A stretch of 64,000 bases of DNA from Peptococcaceae bacterium (GCA_012521215.1 JAAYMU010000045.1:2587-66586), one strand, 5' to 3'. Counted from the stretch's first letter, positions 8,332 through 18,922 are shown. Made by a program: numbers and translations. The notes: generated from the sequence alone by a model not told the origin.

Positions 8332-9747
8332 TTAGAAGGGAAAAGGAAATTTTGCCAAAGGGTTCTTCCTCTGACCGCCTTTTTTTCCTTTTTTTCCTTT
8401 CTTTCCTTTTTTCGAAGCAGACTTCCTTCCTGCCCCTCCCATTCCTGGCATTCCCGGCATTCCGGAAAGTTGCTTCATCATTTTTTTAGTTTGCTCAAAT
8501 TGTTTTAAGAACCTTCCTACTTCGACAACAGTGGTGCCGCTGCCTTTGGCTATTCTTTTTTTTCGGGAGTCCTTAATAATTGCAGGTTTTGTTCTCTCTT
8601 CCGGGGTCATGGAACAAATAATCGCTTCTATCCTGTCAAGATCTTTTTCGTCGATCTCAACACCTTTTAATTGTTTGCCGATCCCGGGTATCATTTCCAA
8701 GAGAGAAGAAAGAGAACCCATTTTTTTAATCTGTCTCATTTGGTCAAGATAATCATCCAAGGTAAATTCCTGTTTACGGATCTTTTCTTCTAACTCTCTG
8801 GCCTTTTTCTCATCTATAGTCTGCTGGGCTTTTTCAATCAGGGTAAGGACATCGCCCATCCCCAGGATTCTCGAAGCCACCCGGTCGGGATGAAATACTT
8901 CCAGAGCATCCATCTTTTCACCGACTCCGGCAAATTTTATAGGACAGCCGGTTACGGCTTTTACCGACAGAGCAGCGCCCCCCCGGGTATCACCATCCAT
9001 TTTAGAAAGAATAACTCCATTTAAACCGAGTTGATTATGAAAAGTCTCAGCAACATTGACTGCATCCTGACCGGTCATAGCGTCAACTACCAGCAAAATT
9101 TCATCGGGGTTGACCGCTTCCCGGATATCGGAAAGTTCCGTCATTAGCTCTTCATTGACATGCAGCCTGCCGGCAGTGTCCAAAATTACTATATCATGGC
9201 CATTTTTACGGGCAAATTCCAAGCTCTCCTCAGCAATCTTAACGGGTGAAACCTGACCAAGTGAAAATACGGGAACTTTGATCTGGGCACCTAAAACCTC
9301 CAGTTGCTTAATAGCAGCCGGCCTATAAATATCACAGGCCACCAATAGGGGATGTTTTCCCTGTTTTTTAAGCATATTGGCCAGTTTAGCTCCCTGGGTG
9401 GTTTTACCCGCTCCCTGCAGCCCTATAAGCATTATTACCGTGGGGGGCTTGGGAGAAATCTGAATTTTACTTTCACTACCGCCCATCAGGGAAATAATTT
9501 CCTCATGGACAATTTTAATTACTTGTTGAGCCGGGGTAAGGGATTCCAATACTTCCTGACCGACCGCTCTTTCCTTAATTTTGGCTATGAGTTCCTTAAC
9601 TACCTTAAAGTTAACATCCGCTTCCAAAAGAGCCAGTCTAACTTCGCGCATAGCCTCATTAACGTCGGCTTCGGTCAGTTTACCCTTTCCGCGGAGACGT
9701 TTAAAAGTAGCCTGGAGTTTTTCACTTAAGCTCTCAAACATTGCCAT
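8332..9747 (-). CDS. ffh: Signal recognition particle protein Ffh
   Basis: NG domain (GLQGAGKTT, DTAGRL) and a Met-rich M domain. The C-terminal tail is unusually rich in Lys and Gly. Confidence 0.97.
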   Translation of the reverse strand: MAMFESLSEKLQATFKRLRGKGKLTEADVNEAMREVRLALLEADVNFKVVKELIAKIKERAVGQEVLESLTPAQQVIKIVHEEIISLMGGSESKIQISPKPPTVIMLIGLQGAGKTTQGAKLANMLKKQGKHPLLVACDIYRPAAIKQLEVLGAQIKVPVFSLGQVSPVKIAEESLEFARKNGHDIVILDTAGRLHVNEELMTELSDIREAVNPDEILLVVDAMTGQDAVNVAETFHNQLGLNGVILSKMDGDTRGGAALSVKAVTGCPIKFAGVGEKMDALEVFHPDRVASRILGMGDVLTLIEKAQQTIDEKKARELEEKIRKQEFTLDDYLDQMRQIKKMGSLSSLLEMIPGIGKQLKGVEIDEKDLDRIEAIICSMTPEERTKPAIIKDSRKKRIAKGSGTTVVEVGRFLKQFEQTKKMMKQLSGMPGMPGMGGAGRKSASKKGKKGKKGKKGGQRKNPLAKFPFPF

Positions 9748-9780
9748 CCCGGCCCACCTTCTTTCTGGTTAAAATAATTA

Positions 9781-10179
9781 TTAGTCCCAATTATCCTGGA
9801 AAAGTTCTGAATTATCTTCTAAGACCTCGGCGATTATTTCTTTAATCCTGTCGGTTATCTCCAGATGACGCTTCCAAGCAGCTTCATCGGCAAAATCCTC
9901 TCGACTAATTTCCGCCAGCGAGGCCCCAATTATTTTTACTCTTTCTTTATCTTTTCTAAAGCGAGCAATAAGTTTTAATTTTTCCTCATAGCCTTCCAGG
10001 ATTTTTTCCGTTCTTTTTAAAAGATCGTGAACTGCCTGCCTAGTTATACCTTCCTCTTCCGCAATTTCTGCCAGAGAAAAATCCTGCTGATAATATAGGT
10101 CCCAAACTTTACTCTGTTTGGCGGTAAGTAAGGGGCCATAAAAATCGAACAACAAGGCTTTATTTTCAATTCTCTTCAT
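9781..10179 (-). CDS. ylxM: YlxM/UPF0122 putative DNA-binding protein
   Basis: [13 protein letters not shown]...[18 protein letters not shown] helix-turn-helix. It sits immediately upstream of ffh. Confidence 0.88.
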   Translation of the reverse strand: MKRIENKALLFDFYGPLLTAKQSKVWDLYYQQDFSLAEIAEEEGITRQAVHDLLKRTEKILEGYEEKLKLIARFRKDKERVKIIGASLAEISREDFADEAAWKRHLEITDRIKEIIAEVLEDNSELFQDNWD

Positions 10180-10224
10180 CTTTGTTTCGGCCTCGTGTAA
10201 AGTATTTTTGCTTTACAGGTTACT

Positions 10225-10253
10225 ATTCTAGACTTTATCTACCTATTTGTCAA
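10225..10253 (-). promoter_or_regulatory. Sigma-A promoter for ylxM-ffh-rpsP...
   Basis: On the minus strand TTGACA (10253-10248) -N17- TAGAAT (10230-10225). The -35 overlaps the last codons of mtaD. Confidence 0.6.
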
Positions 10254-11550
10254 GAAAGGTGGAGGCAATTTTTTTAGCTCTTTGTTCCACTTCCTGGCAA
10301 ATAGTTTTTTCATCCAGAGTCAACAATTTTCGGTCCTCCATCAACAGTTTGCCATCGACCATCACGGTTCTTACATCAGGGCCTTTAGCGCTATAAACCA
10401 GATGGGAAGGAATAGAAAAACGGGGGTAAAAATGAGGCCGGGTAAAATCAACAGATATCAAATCGGCTTTATAGCCGGGAAGGATTTTTCCTAGGTCTTT
10501 AAAGCCGCATACTTTGGCACCTCCGGACGTAGCCATTTCCAGAACCTCATATGCTTTCAGATCTTCCGGGGAACCTACCAGCTTTTGCTGCAAGGACGCG
10601 GAACGCATCTCACAGAACATATCGAGATCATTATTACTTGAAGTGCCGTCGGTACCGATTCCTACCGTAATCCCCCTTTGCAACAATTGGGATATGGGAG
10701 CTGTGCCACTGTTTAGTTTCATATTGCTTTCCGGATTATGAGCCACACAAACTCCATATTGTTTAAGGATATCCATGTCCTTGGAAGTTAAATACACGCA
10801 ATGAGCGGCAATTACCTGGCCGCCGAAAAGACCTTGTTCCTCCAGCCATTCTACAGGGGTTCTTCCATACCTTTCTTTGATAATATCCAGTTCCGCTTTG
10901 GTTTCGGCTACATGAATATGGATGCCTGCGCCCAGCCGGTCCGCTTCTCCCTTAACTTCCTGCAGAAATTCTCCCGGGCAGGTATAAGGGGCATGAGGAC
11001 CAAAAAACACTTTGATTCGGCCTTCTCCGGCAAGGTGATAAGTCTGAAACAGCTTAATATTTTCTTCCAGTCCTTTACTGGCATTCACAGGGTCCAAACC
11101 TGTCAGCCCGCGGGATAAAACAGCCCGGGTACCGGCCTTAAGTACAGCTTCGGCGGTCTCTTCCTCGAACATATACATATCAACCATAGTAGTTGTGCCG
11201 GAGCGTATCATCTCGCACAGGGCCAAAGCACTACCCCAGTACATATCTTCAGCGGTCATTTTGGCTTCAAAAGGCCAGATTTTTTCTTCCAGCCAGGGCA
11301 TGAGTGACATATCATCGGCATACCCACGCAGCATAGTCATCGCCGCATGGGTATGAGTATTGATCAATCCCGGCATAACAACATCCTGCGGCAAGTCAAT
11401 AATTCTATCCGGCTGAAAATCTTTAGGGGCGGACCCTATTTCCCCTACCGAGACTATACGGTCCTCTGCGACCGCTATTTCTCCTTGTTCATAAAAATCC
11501 TCCGGACCGGTCATGGGTAAAACCATAGCGCGGACCAAGTATTTGGACAT
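10243..11550 (-). CDS. mtaD: 5-methylthioadenosine/S-adenosylhomocysteine deaminase (amidohydrolase)
   Basis: INTHTHAAMTMLRGYADD metal-binding motif with family-wide similarity. The ATG at 11550 (MSKYLV) has AGGTG 6 nt upstream. The track start is a GTG at 11559. Confidence 0.85.
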   Translation of the reverse strand: MSKYLVRAMVLPMTGPEDFYEQGEIAVAEDRIVSVGEIGSAPKDFQPDRIIDLPQDVVMPGLINTHTHAAMTMLRGYADDMSLMPWLEEKIWPFEAKMTAEDMYWGSALALCEMIRSGTTTMVDMYMFEEETAEAVLKAGTRAVLSRGLTGLDPVNASKGLEENIKLFQTYHLAGEGRIKVFFGPHAPYTCPGEFLQEVKGEADRLGAGIHIHVAETKAELDIIKERYGRTPVEWLEEQGLFGGQVIAAHCVYLTSKDMDILKQYGVCVAHNPESNMKLNSGTAPISQLLQRGITVGIGTDGTSSNNDLDMFCEMRSASLQQKLVGSPEDLKAYEVLEMATSGGAKVCGFKDLGKILPGYKADLISVDFTRPHFYPRFSIPSHLVYSAKGPDVRTVMVDGKLLMEDRKLLTLDEKTICQEVEQRAKKIASTFLDK

Positions 11551-11633
11551 GACTAACACCTGCTTTCCTTAAATATTCTCCGATAAATATTTTCCAATAA
11601 GTCGTGCCTATAAATAATGAGCAAAAAAGCTCC

Positions 11634-11673
11634 AGCAAAAAGACTATGCTTTATTATTTTTCTAAGCATAGTC
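11634..11673 (-). terminator. Intrinsic terminator after mtnA
   Basis: On the minus strand a 10-bp stem GACTATGCTT/AAGCATAGTC with a 12-nt loop is followed by TTTTTG. Confidence 0.7.
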
Positions 11674-11710
11674 CTGCAAATCCTTTTTATCGAACATTTA
11701 TTTGAGCAAA

Positions 11711-12745
11711 TTATTTAACCAGCATCTTAACAAGGTTAACGGAATAAGGAGGGGAAATAATACCCTTTTCGGTAATAATGCCGGTAATATACTTGGCCGG
11801 TGTTACGTCAAAAGATGGATTATAAACCGGTACTTCCTCGGGTACTACTCTTACCCCTTTAAACATTCTAACCTCTTTGCCGTCCCGTTCTTCAACCGGA
11901 ATTTCAGCTCCGGATGAAATCTTGAGATCAACCGTAGTGCTGGGCGCTGCTACATAAAAAGGTATCTGGTGGGCATTAGCCAAAACCGCTAATGAATAAG
12001 TACCGATTTTATTAGCCGTATCACCGTTGGCCGCAATCCGGTCAGCGCCGACAAGAACCATATCGACCTTTCCCTGCTGCATAAGATAACCGGCAGTGCT
12101 ATCTGTGATTAGGGTATGAGGAATTCCTTCCTGCAACATTTCCCAGACGGTAAGCCTTGCTCCCTGTAAAAAGGGCCTGGTTTCATCTACATAAACGTGG
12201 ATTTTTTTCCCGGCCTCAAATGCTTGCCTAATAACTCCCAAGGCAGTCCCGTATTCCACCGTAGCCAAGGAACCGGCATTACAGTGGGTTAAGATATTAG
12301 CTTTTTCGGGAACTATGGTATTGCCGTATTCGCCGATAAGTCTATTCATCCTGCGGTCAGCCTCAGCTATGGAATTGGCTTCAGCCAGCAAGGCCTCTTT
12401 AATGTCTTCAGGATCAAGATTTTGAACCTCCCGTAACTTAACTTCCATTTTATGCAAAGCCCAGGTGAGATTGACCGCCGTCGGACGCGTAGCCTGCAAG
12501 GTAGTTAGAACTTCATTCATGTACTCCGGAAAATCATCCTTATCTCCTTCATATTTAAGGGCTCCTAACACATAACCATAAGCTGCAGAGACCCCGATTG
12601 CGGGAGCTCCCCTTACTTCCATATTTTTTATTGCTTCGGCCACTTCTAAATATGAACGGGCTTCACGATATTTTTCCTCAAAGGGTAATTTAGTCTGATC
12701 AAGCAGCAGCAAATGGTCGCCCTGCCACTCAAGAGCTTTCATCAT
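11711..12745 (-). CDS. mtnA: S-methyl-5-thioribose-1-phosphate isomerase
   Basis: MKALEWQGDHLLLLDQTKLP, VRGAPAIG and GADRIAANGDTANKIGTY are typical of eIF-2B-related MtnA. I use the start at the MM pair (12745). Confidence 0.9.
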   Translation of the reverse strand: MMKALEWQGDHLLLLDQTKLPFEEKYREARSYLEVAEAIKNMEVRGAPAIGVSAAYGYVLGALKYEGDKDDFPEYMNEVLTTLQATRPTAVNLTWALHKMEVKLREVQNLDPEDIKEALLAEANSIAEADRRMNRLIGEYGNTIVPEKANILTHCNAGSLATVEYGTALGVIRQAFEAGKKIHVYVDETRPFLQGARLTVWEMLQEGIPHTLITDSTAGYLMQQGKVDMVLVGADRIAANGDTANKIGTYSLAVLANAHQIPFYVAAPSTTVDLKISSGAEIPVEERDGKEVRMFKGVRVVPEEVPVYNPSFDVTPAKYITGIITEKGIISPPYSVNLVKMLVK

Positions 12746-12758
12746 TGTATCCGCCTTT

Positions 12759-13541
12759 CTAAAATACGCCTGCTTCCTTATTGGCTGTTGCACAGGCACA
12801 TTTCTGATTGCTTGCCTGCTTGCGGCAAGTAATCTCTACCAATTTTGCTATTGTTTCTCCCAATATGTTCATAGTAGCGATAACTTCGGCGTGTGTCAAC
12901 GGCTCCTTGGAAATTCCGGCAGCCTGATTTGTTACCAGAGCTATACAAGCATAACATAAACCCAACTCCCTAGCTAGAACTACTTCGGGAACTCCGGTCA
13001 TACCTACAACCTGTCCCCCCAGTATTCTGAACATGCGGATTTCCGCAGGGGTTTCAAAGCGGGGACCTTCGGTACAGACATACACACCCCCATGGTGAAT
13101 CTTCAAGCCCAGGGTCTCCGCAGCGGTCAAAATTTCCTGGCGTAAGGCCGGACAGTAAGGTTCGGAAACATCGACGTGGAGAACTCCATGTTCCCCGCCT
13201 TCATAAAAGGTTAGAGGACGATTCTTGGTAAAATCAAGAAACTGATCAACTAATACAAGGTCCCCTGTTTTAAACTCACTGACAATGGAACCGACTGCTC
13301 CCGTAGCTAAAATCTTTTTAACCCCAATTTCTTTCAGAGCCCAAATATTCCCCCTGTAGTTTATGGCATGAGGAGGTACAGTGTGATTCTTACCATGTCT
13401 CTTAAGAAAGACCATATCCACATTACCCAGACGACCGGTTTCCATATTAACCGGGCCGTAGGGCGTATCAACGGTGATAGCCGATTTGTCGGTTAAAACA
13501 AGCTTTTCTACGCCGGTACCGCCGATTAATGCATATTGCAA
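12759..13541 (-). CDS. mtnP: S-methyl-5'-thioadenosine (or thioinosine) phosphorylase
   Basis: IGGTG, CTEGPRFETPAE and VGMTGVPEV motifs of the MTAP/PNP family. Confidence 0.88.
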   Translation of the reverse strand: MQYALIGGTGVEKLVLTDKSAITVDTPYGPVNMETGRLGNVDMVFLKRHGKNHTVPPHAINYRGNIWALKEIGVKKILATGAVGSIVSEFKTGDLVLVDQFLDFTKNRPLTFYEGGEHGVLHVDVSEPYCPALRQEILTAAETLGLKIHHGGVYVCTEGPRFETPAEIRMFRILGGQVVGMTGVPEVVLARELGLCYACIALVTNQAAGISKEPLTHAEVIATMNILGETIAKLVEITCRKQASNQKCACATANKEAGVF

Positions 13542-13562
13542 TCCACTCCCTCCCGAATCTAA

Positions 13563-14474
13563 TTATACAAACAAGGCTTCGGCAAACTCCTGCGGTTCAA
13601 AAGGTTTAAGATCGTCAATTCCTTCTCCGATACCGATTAGTTTGACCGGCACCCTTGTTTCGCCTTGAATCCCAATAACCACCCCACCTTTAGCCGTGCC
13701 ATCCAGTTTGGTTAAAACTATGCCGGAAACATTAGCGACTTCCTGAAATAATTTCACTTGTTGGATAGCGTTTTGACCGGTGGTAGCATCCAAAACCAAC
13801 AGCACCTCATGGGGTGCATCCGGTATTTCACGTTCCACAACCCTTTTGATTTTAGCCAGCTCGTTCATTAAATTAACTTTATTATGCAGCCGGCCTGCAG
13901 TATCGATCAATAAAAAATCAACAGCCCTTGATTTGGCAGCCTGAACAGCATCATAAACAACAGCGGCGGGATCGGCACCCTCAGTTTGCTTAATCACTTC
14001 CGCACCGGCTCGTTCGCCCCAAATTTCAAGCTGCTCAATGGCAGCCGCCCGGAAAGTGTCTCCGGCAGCCAATAATACTTTTTTACCGCCTTCCTGAAGG
14101 TGTTTGGCCAGTTTCCCGATTGTTGTGGTCTTGCCAACCCCGTTTACCCCTACGACTAAATAAACCGACGGTTTAGACTCTGATAATCTTAATTCGCTTT
14201 TTTCCCCTAACTTTCCTGTTATTAGTTCTTTCATAACCCCTTGCAAATCCTGGGGATCGCTGATTTTTCTTTCTTTGACCGTCTGGCGCAGCATCTCTAC
14301 CAGTTCTAAAGAGGTAGAGACCCCGACATCAGCTTGAATAAGTATCTCTTCAAGCTCTTCATAAAGATCCTCATCAATTTTAGAGGCTCCGGTAAAGGTC
14401 TGTTCAATTCTATCGACCAAACCCTGACGTGTCTTAGAAAGTTTGTCCTTAAGTTTACCAAAAAATCCTGCCAT
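13563..14474 (-). CDS. ftsY: SRP receptor FtsY
   Basis: NG domain with [19 protein letters not shown] and [10 protein letters not shown]. Confidence 0.95.
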   Translation of the reverse strand: MAGFFGKLKDKLSKTRQGLVDRIEQTFTGASKIDEDLYEELEEILIQADVGVSTSLELVEMLRQTVKERKISDPQDLQGVMKELITGKLGEKSELRLSESKPSVYLVVGVNGVGKTTTIGKLAKHLQEGGKKVLLAAGDTFRAAAIEQLEIWGERAGAEVIKQTEGADPAAVVYDAVQAAKSRAVDFLLIDTAGRLHNKVNLMNELAKIKRVVEREIPDAPHEVLLVLDATTGQNAIQQVKLFQEVANVSGIVLTKLDGTAKGGVVIGIQGETRVPVKLIGIGEGIDDLKPFEPQEFAEALFV

Positions 14475-14517
14475 TTTGTTTCTCCTTTAATACCATTTTA
14501 GCTATAATGCTTTTTGT

Positions 14518-17500
14518 TTAAGCACTCTCGTGCTCCAGCCGGTCCATTTCTACTGTTAAGAGTTTGGATACCCCGGACTCTTCCATGGTTATACCATACA
14601 GCTTGTCTGCTGATTCCATAGTTCCTCGCCGGTGGGATATAAGTATAAACTGAGTTTGATCAGAAAATATCTTTAAGTAATTCACAAATCGTTTTACATT
14701 AGCATCATCTAAAGCAGCCTCGATCTCATCCAAGAGACAGAAAGGGCTTGGCTTTACTTTTAAGAAAGCAAACAATAAGGCAATGGCCGTAAAAGCACGT
14801 TCCCCGCCGGATAAAAGCGATAATAACTGGGCTTTCTTACCCGGAGGCTGAGCGATAATATTAACACCGGTCTCCAGCAAATTTTCCGGATCGTCAAGCT
14901 GCAGTTCGGCATGACCGCCGTTAAAAAGCTGGTTAAAAACTTGACCAAAGGCTGCATTGACATCCTTAAACCCTTGCCGGAAACGTTTGATCATATTCTC
15001 ATCTAATTCATTAATTAAAGCATATAAAGAATCCGCTGCAGAAACCAAATCGTTTTTTTGAGAGGTTAAAAACTCATAACGTTCACATAACTGGGGGTAC
15101 TCTTCCAGCGCCGCATAGTTTACCGGTCCCAGTTCTTCAATCTTGGTTCTTAAATCATTGATGGCAGCTTGCAGAACATCCTTCTTATCGTGGCTTTGAT
15201 AGGCCAGAGCTTGTTCCCAGCTAAGGTTAAACTCCTCCTCAAGCCTTAAGCAGCCTGTTTCCCATTCTGCTTGGAGACGGGTAATTCGTAATTCATTTTG
15301 ATGAAGTTGCTGTTCTCTTTCCTTAACCTGCCTATATTTAAGTTTAATCCCTTCTTCCAGATTGATATTTTTGGAATTTAACTCCTCTCTTAGGGTGCGC
15401 AGTTCAATTAATTTATATTTTTTAGCGTTTAGTTCCGTTATGATTTTTTGAAGCTTACTTTCCATTTCTTCCTGCTTTTGATTCAGCATGGTCACGTTTT
15501 GTTTAAAAGTATTGTTTTCAGCCTTTTTTTCTTGGCATAAATTAATATTATTCTGCAAATTTTCCTTTTCTTCCCTACGTAGTTGTTTTACTTGATTAAG
15601 TTCTTGTTCCTTTCTGGCCGCTTCTACCTTGGCAGCGGTTATTTTTTCTTTAAGTCCTTCCACTTGGATGTCGGCTTGCTCTAAAGCTGTCTCCAGACTT
15701 TTTTGTTCTCTTTGCAGATTTTCGATTTTAGCTACGGTAAGTTCGATTTCTTTTTTTCGCTCGGTTATTTTAACATCCAAGGTGGAATTTTGGCTACGTA
15801 TATCAGCTAAATCAAACTCTATTATTTTAAGGGCTTCCTCCCAGCGAGCCAGTTTTTCTTGCGTATATTTTCTGTCTATAAGCTTTATACTTTTCTTCTC
15901 GTGACAAGATTTAATTTGCAGTTCCAAATTTCTTCTGAGATCTTTTAGTTCTTCCAGTTCCTTATAGCCCAGAATTGATTCCTGTTTTTGCTTCTCATAT
16001 TTTACTTTCAGCCTGTTTATTTTAGTTGTTAGATCTTCGATTGCCCTTGCTCTGCTTCGCAGACCGCTTCCCTGGCTCCTGCTACTACCTCCGGTTAGAG
16101 ACCCTCCGGGATTAACCTGGTCTCCCTGCAGAGTTACGATCCGAAAGCGGTAATTTGTGGTTTTCGCCAGTTGGATGGCCGCATCTAAATCCTCGGTAAT
16201 AATAATATTACCCAACAGAAATTCCATTACCCCTTGAAAACGAGGGGCATAAGTAATTAAATCCACAGCCAAACCCAATACGCCCTTTTTCTGAAGAACA
16301 TCGACCGGCAGAGACAATTTACGGCCTTTAATAGATTCTAAAGGCAGAAAAGTCGCCCTACCGCTGCTGTTGTGCTTAAGGTAGGCTATACACTTTCGAG
16401 CATCTTCAATTCTATCCACGATAATATTTTGTAAGGCCGGTCCTAAGGCGGTTTCTATTGCTAATTCATATTTAGCCTCAACTTCCAGGTTTTCGGCCGT
16501 TGTTCCATATACTTGACGACAATCAAGTTTACCCTTACGGAAAGCAAGAATGGTTTCCCGAACGCCCTTATAATAACCTTCCAAATTATCTTCTAAATTC
16601 TTCAGTGCTTGCCGCCTGGCCCGAGCCTGGTCTAGCTCGCGAAGCAAAGTTTGCATACTTTCTTCGATTTCGCGCTGTTTTTCTTTTTTAAAGTTAATCG
16701 CTTGTTTGTTTTCAGTTGCTCTTTGCTCCAACCCGGTTATAAGACGCTCAATTTCCAGTATTTCCTTATTTTGCTGTTCAATTTGTTGTAAAAGTTCCTG
16801 TTTCTCCTGCTGTTTTATTATGGACTCTTCGTTTTTTTGGGCTTCCTGTTTGGCCAGGGTCTCCTTTTGCTGTTCTAACTCAACCAGCTCATTAGTCAGC
16901 TTACTTTTTAAAGAAAGCTCCTGGAAAATTTCCGTTTTATACTCTTCCAGTCTATGCCCGCCACTTAATTCACGCAGTTCAAGCAGTTCTTGTTCCATCT
17001 TTTCCAGGTAAGCTGAAGTCTGAGCTAGGGCCTTTTGCAAGTCAGCCTCTTTCACCGTCAAGTTATTATATTTATCCCTAGAAAGGGTAATTTTCTCCTC
17101 AGCCAGAGCTATCTCCTTGCCCAGTCTCAAGATCTGTTCCTGGGTGTGATTTTGTCTTTCTTTGATTAAAGATATTTCATGGTTAATCTCTTGAACACTG
17201 TTCTCCAGGGTATGAACATTTCCCTGCAGCTTTTCTACCTGTTCATCGAGCTGGTTGAGCTCGTATTTTTGACGCATATGTATGCTTTCGTCTTCAGCAA
17301 TCTTAGTATTGAGGGTTGTTAATTCTTCATTGATCCGCTGCAAATTGGCTTGTTCTTTTTTTAACTTAGTCTCGTTGCCGGCCAGGTCATTCACAATAAG
17401 CTTGATCTCAGCCTCCTTAAGCTGGGATTTTAGCTCTTTGCTGATCTTGGCTTTCTCTGCTTGCTTAGCCAAAGGTTCCAATCTATCATGAACCTCGCTA

Positions 17501-18126
17501 ATAATATCACTTAAGCGCTCGATATTTTGCTTTGTATCTTCGAGTTTATTCAGGGCCTCTTTTTTTCTTAGACGGAATTTGCTAATACCGGCTACCTCTT
17601 CAATCAAAAGTCGACGTTCTTCAGATTTAAGATTTAATATTTCTTCCACCCGTCCCTGACCGATAATAGAAAATCCCCCTTTGCCGGAACCTGTATCCAA
17701 AAATAATTCCTGAATATCTTTCAAACGACAAGGTGATTTATTGATCAGGAATTGTCCCTCACCGTCTCGAAATACCCTGCGGGTAATAACAACTTCTTCA
17801 TAAGCAAGTGGAAAAAAGCCTTTGCTGTTATCAAAGACCAAAGATACCTCGGCCATGCCCACAGGCTTTCTGGATGAGCTCCCTGCGAATATAACATCCT
17901 CCATTTTGCTACCTCGCAGGCTCTTAGCGCTCTGCTCCCCTAAAACCCAACGTACGGCATCGGCAACATTACTTTTACCACTGCCGTTAGGTCCGACAAT
18001 AACACACAGTCCCGGCTGTAAATCCAGTTTTGTCTTATCGGCAAAGGATTTAAACCCTTGGATATGAATACTCTTAAGAAAAACCCCTTGGTTGGTGCTT
18101 TCTGTCACGCGTCTTGCACCCCCCAT
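14518..18126 (-). CDS. smc: Chromosome partition protein Smc
   Basis: FLKSIHIQGFKSF, GPNGSGKSN, long coiled coils, a hinge, and C-terminal LSGGE...LDEIEAALD. An alternative start is the GTG at 18108. It forms a GTGA overlap with the rnc stop and has GGGGGGTG 8 nt upstream. Confidence 0.95.
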   Translation of the reverse strand: MGGARRVTESTNQGVFLKSIHIQGFKSFADKTKLDLQPGLCVIVGPNGSGKSNVADAVRWVLGEQSAKSLRGSKMEDVIFAGSSSRKPVGMAEVSLVFDNSKGFFPLAYEEVVITRRVFRDGEGQFLINKSPCRLKDIQELFLDTGSGKGGFSIIGQGRVEEILNLKSEERRLLIEEVAGISKFRLRKKEALNKLEDTKQNIERLSDIISEVHDRLEPLAKQAEKAKISKELKSQLKEAEIKLIVNDLAGNETKLKKEQANLQRINEELTTLNTKIAEDESIHMRQKYELNQLDEQVEKLQGNVHTLENSVQEINHEISLIKERQNHTQEQILRLGKEIALAEEKITLSRDKYNNLTVKEADLQKALAQTSAYLEKMEQELLELRELSGGHRLEEYKTEIFQELSLKSKLTNELVELEQQKETLAKQEAQKNEESIIKQQEKQELLQQIEQQNKEILEIERLITGLEQRATENKQAINFKKEKQREIEESMQTLLRELDQARARRQALKNLEDNLEGYYKGVRETILAFRKGKLDCRQVYGTTAENLEVEAKYELAIETALGPALQNIIVDRIEDARKCIAYLKHNSSGRATFLPLESIKGRKLSLPVDVLQKKGVLGLAVDLITYAPRFQGVMEFLLGNIIITEDLDAAIQLAKTTNYRFRIVTLQGDQVNPGGSLTGGSSRSQGSGLRSRARAIEDLTTKINRLKVKYEKQKQESILGYKELEELKDLRRNLELQIKSCHEKKSIKLIDRKYTQEKLARWEEALKIIEFDLADIRSQNSTLDVKITERKKEIELTVAKIENLQREQKSLETALEQADIQVEGLKEKITAAKVEAARKEQELNQVKQLRREEKENLQNNINLCQEKKAENNTFKQNVTMLNQKQEEMESKLQKIITELNAKKYKLIELRTLREELNSKNINLEEGIKLKYRQVKEREQQLHQNELRITRLQAEWETGCLRLEEEFNLSWEQALAYQSHDKKDVLQAAINDLRTKIEELGPVNYAALEEYPQLCERYEFLTSQKNDLVSAADSLYALINELDENMIKRFRQGFKDVNAAFGQVFNQLFNGGHAELQLDDPENLLETGVNIIAQPPGKKAQLLSLLSGGERAFTAIALLFAFLKVKPSPFCLLDEIEAALDDANVKRFVNYLKIFSDQTQFILISHRRGTMESADKLYGITMEESGVSKLLTVEMDRLEHESA

Positions 18127-18848
18127 TGCTCTAAAGCAAAACCTGCCGCTTGTTGTTCAGCTTCTTTTTTTGTTCTGCCGGTGCCAATTCCTTTTAACTC
18201 TCCTTGGATATAAACTCCGGCTTTAAAAAGCTTGTCATGATCGGGGCCGGTCTCTTCTAAAATATTATAAGTCACTGCCAGTTCCTGCTTTTGGGCCTTT
18301 TCCTGTAGCATAGTTTTGAAATCTCCATAATTTCCTTTATCCAGTTTTTTTATCTCCGGAATAAACATATCAAGAATAAATTTACGGACTTTTTCAAAAC
18401 CATACTGCAAATAAATAGCCCCGATGATTGCTTCTAGGGCATCGGCGATGATAGAAGGCCTTTCTCTTCCTCCATTTAATTGCTCTCCTTTTCCCAGGAA
18501 AAGTGCTTTCCCCAATTCAATATTTTTCCCGTTACGGGCCAAAGTCGTTTCGTTAACAACTGCAGCCCGCATTTTAGTTAATTCACCTTCGGGTTTATGG
18601 GGATAGTTTAGATAAAGATACTCCCCTATCACGAAGTCGAGAATAGCATCCCCCAAAAACTCCAGTCTTTGGTTATTCTCCACGCCTGCTAGTGGATTCT
18701 CAAAAGTATAAGAAGGATGTGTAAGAGCCTGAATTATCAGATTGTTTTCAGAATTGTCGAAGCCAATTCTTTTCATTAAAGAATCCACTTCGGCCTTTCC
18801 AGGAAGCAGATCTTGTTTTATGGAAAAACGGTATTTCTTTCTGCGCAA
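18105..18848 (-). CDS. rnc: Ribonuclease III
   Basis: ALTHPSY...NQRLEFLGDA signature plus a C-terminal dsRBD (GPDHDKLF...GTGRTKKEAEQQAA). The start may instead be the internal ATG at 18776 (MKRIGF). Confidence 0.93.
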   Translation of the reverse strand: MRRKKYRFSIKQDLLPGKAEVDSLMKRIGFDNSENNLIIQALTHPSYTFENPLAGVENNQRLEFLGDAILDFVIGEYLYLNYPHKPEGELTKMRAAVVNETTLARNGKNIELGKALFLGKGEQLNGGRERPSIIADALEAIIGAIYLQYGFEKVRKFILDMFIPEIKKLDKGNYGDFKTMLQEKAQKQELAVTYNILEETGPDHDKLFKAGVYIQGELKGIGTGRTKKEAEQQAAGFALEQWGVQDA

Positions 18849-18922
18849 GCTTTAACCTCCATTGTTCTGCTATATATTCCATTATTCCGCTATATTTGGT
18901 TCTGCTATCTATTTAAGAATTT

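Noticed and set aside
11551-11710. SAM (S-box) riboswitch or T-box upstream of the MTA-salvage genes mtaD and mtnP.
   Set aside because: mtnP starts only 21 nt after ftsY. The mtnA-mtaD spacer is occupied by a terminator and short AT-rich sequence, without the conserved S-box helices or a T-box motif that I could recognise.
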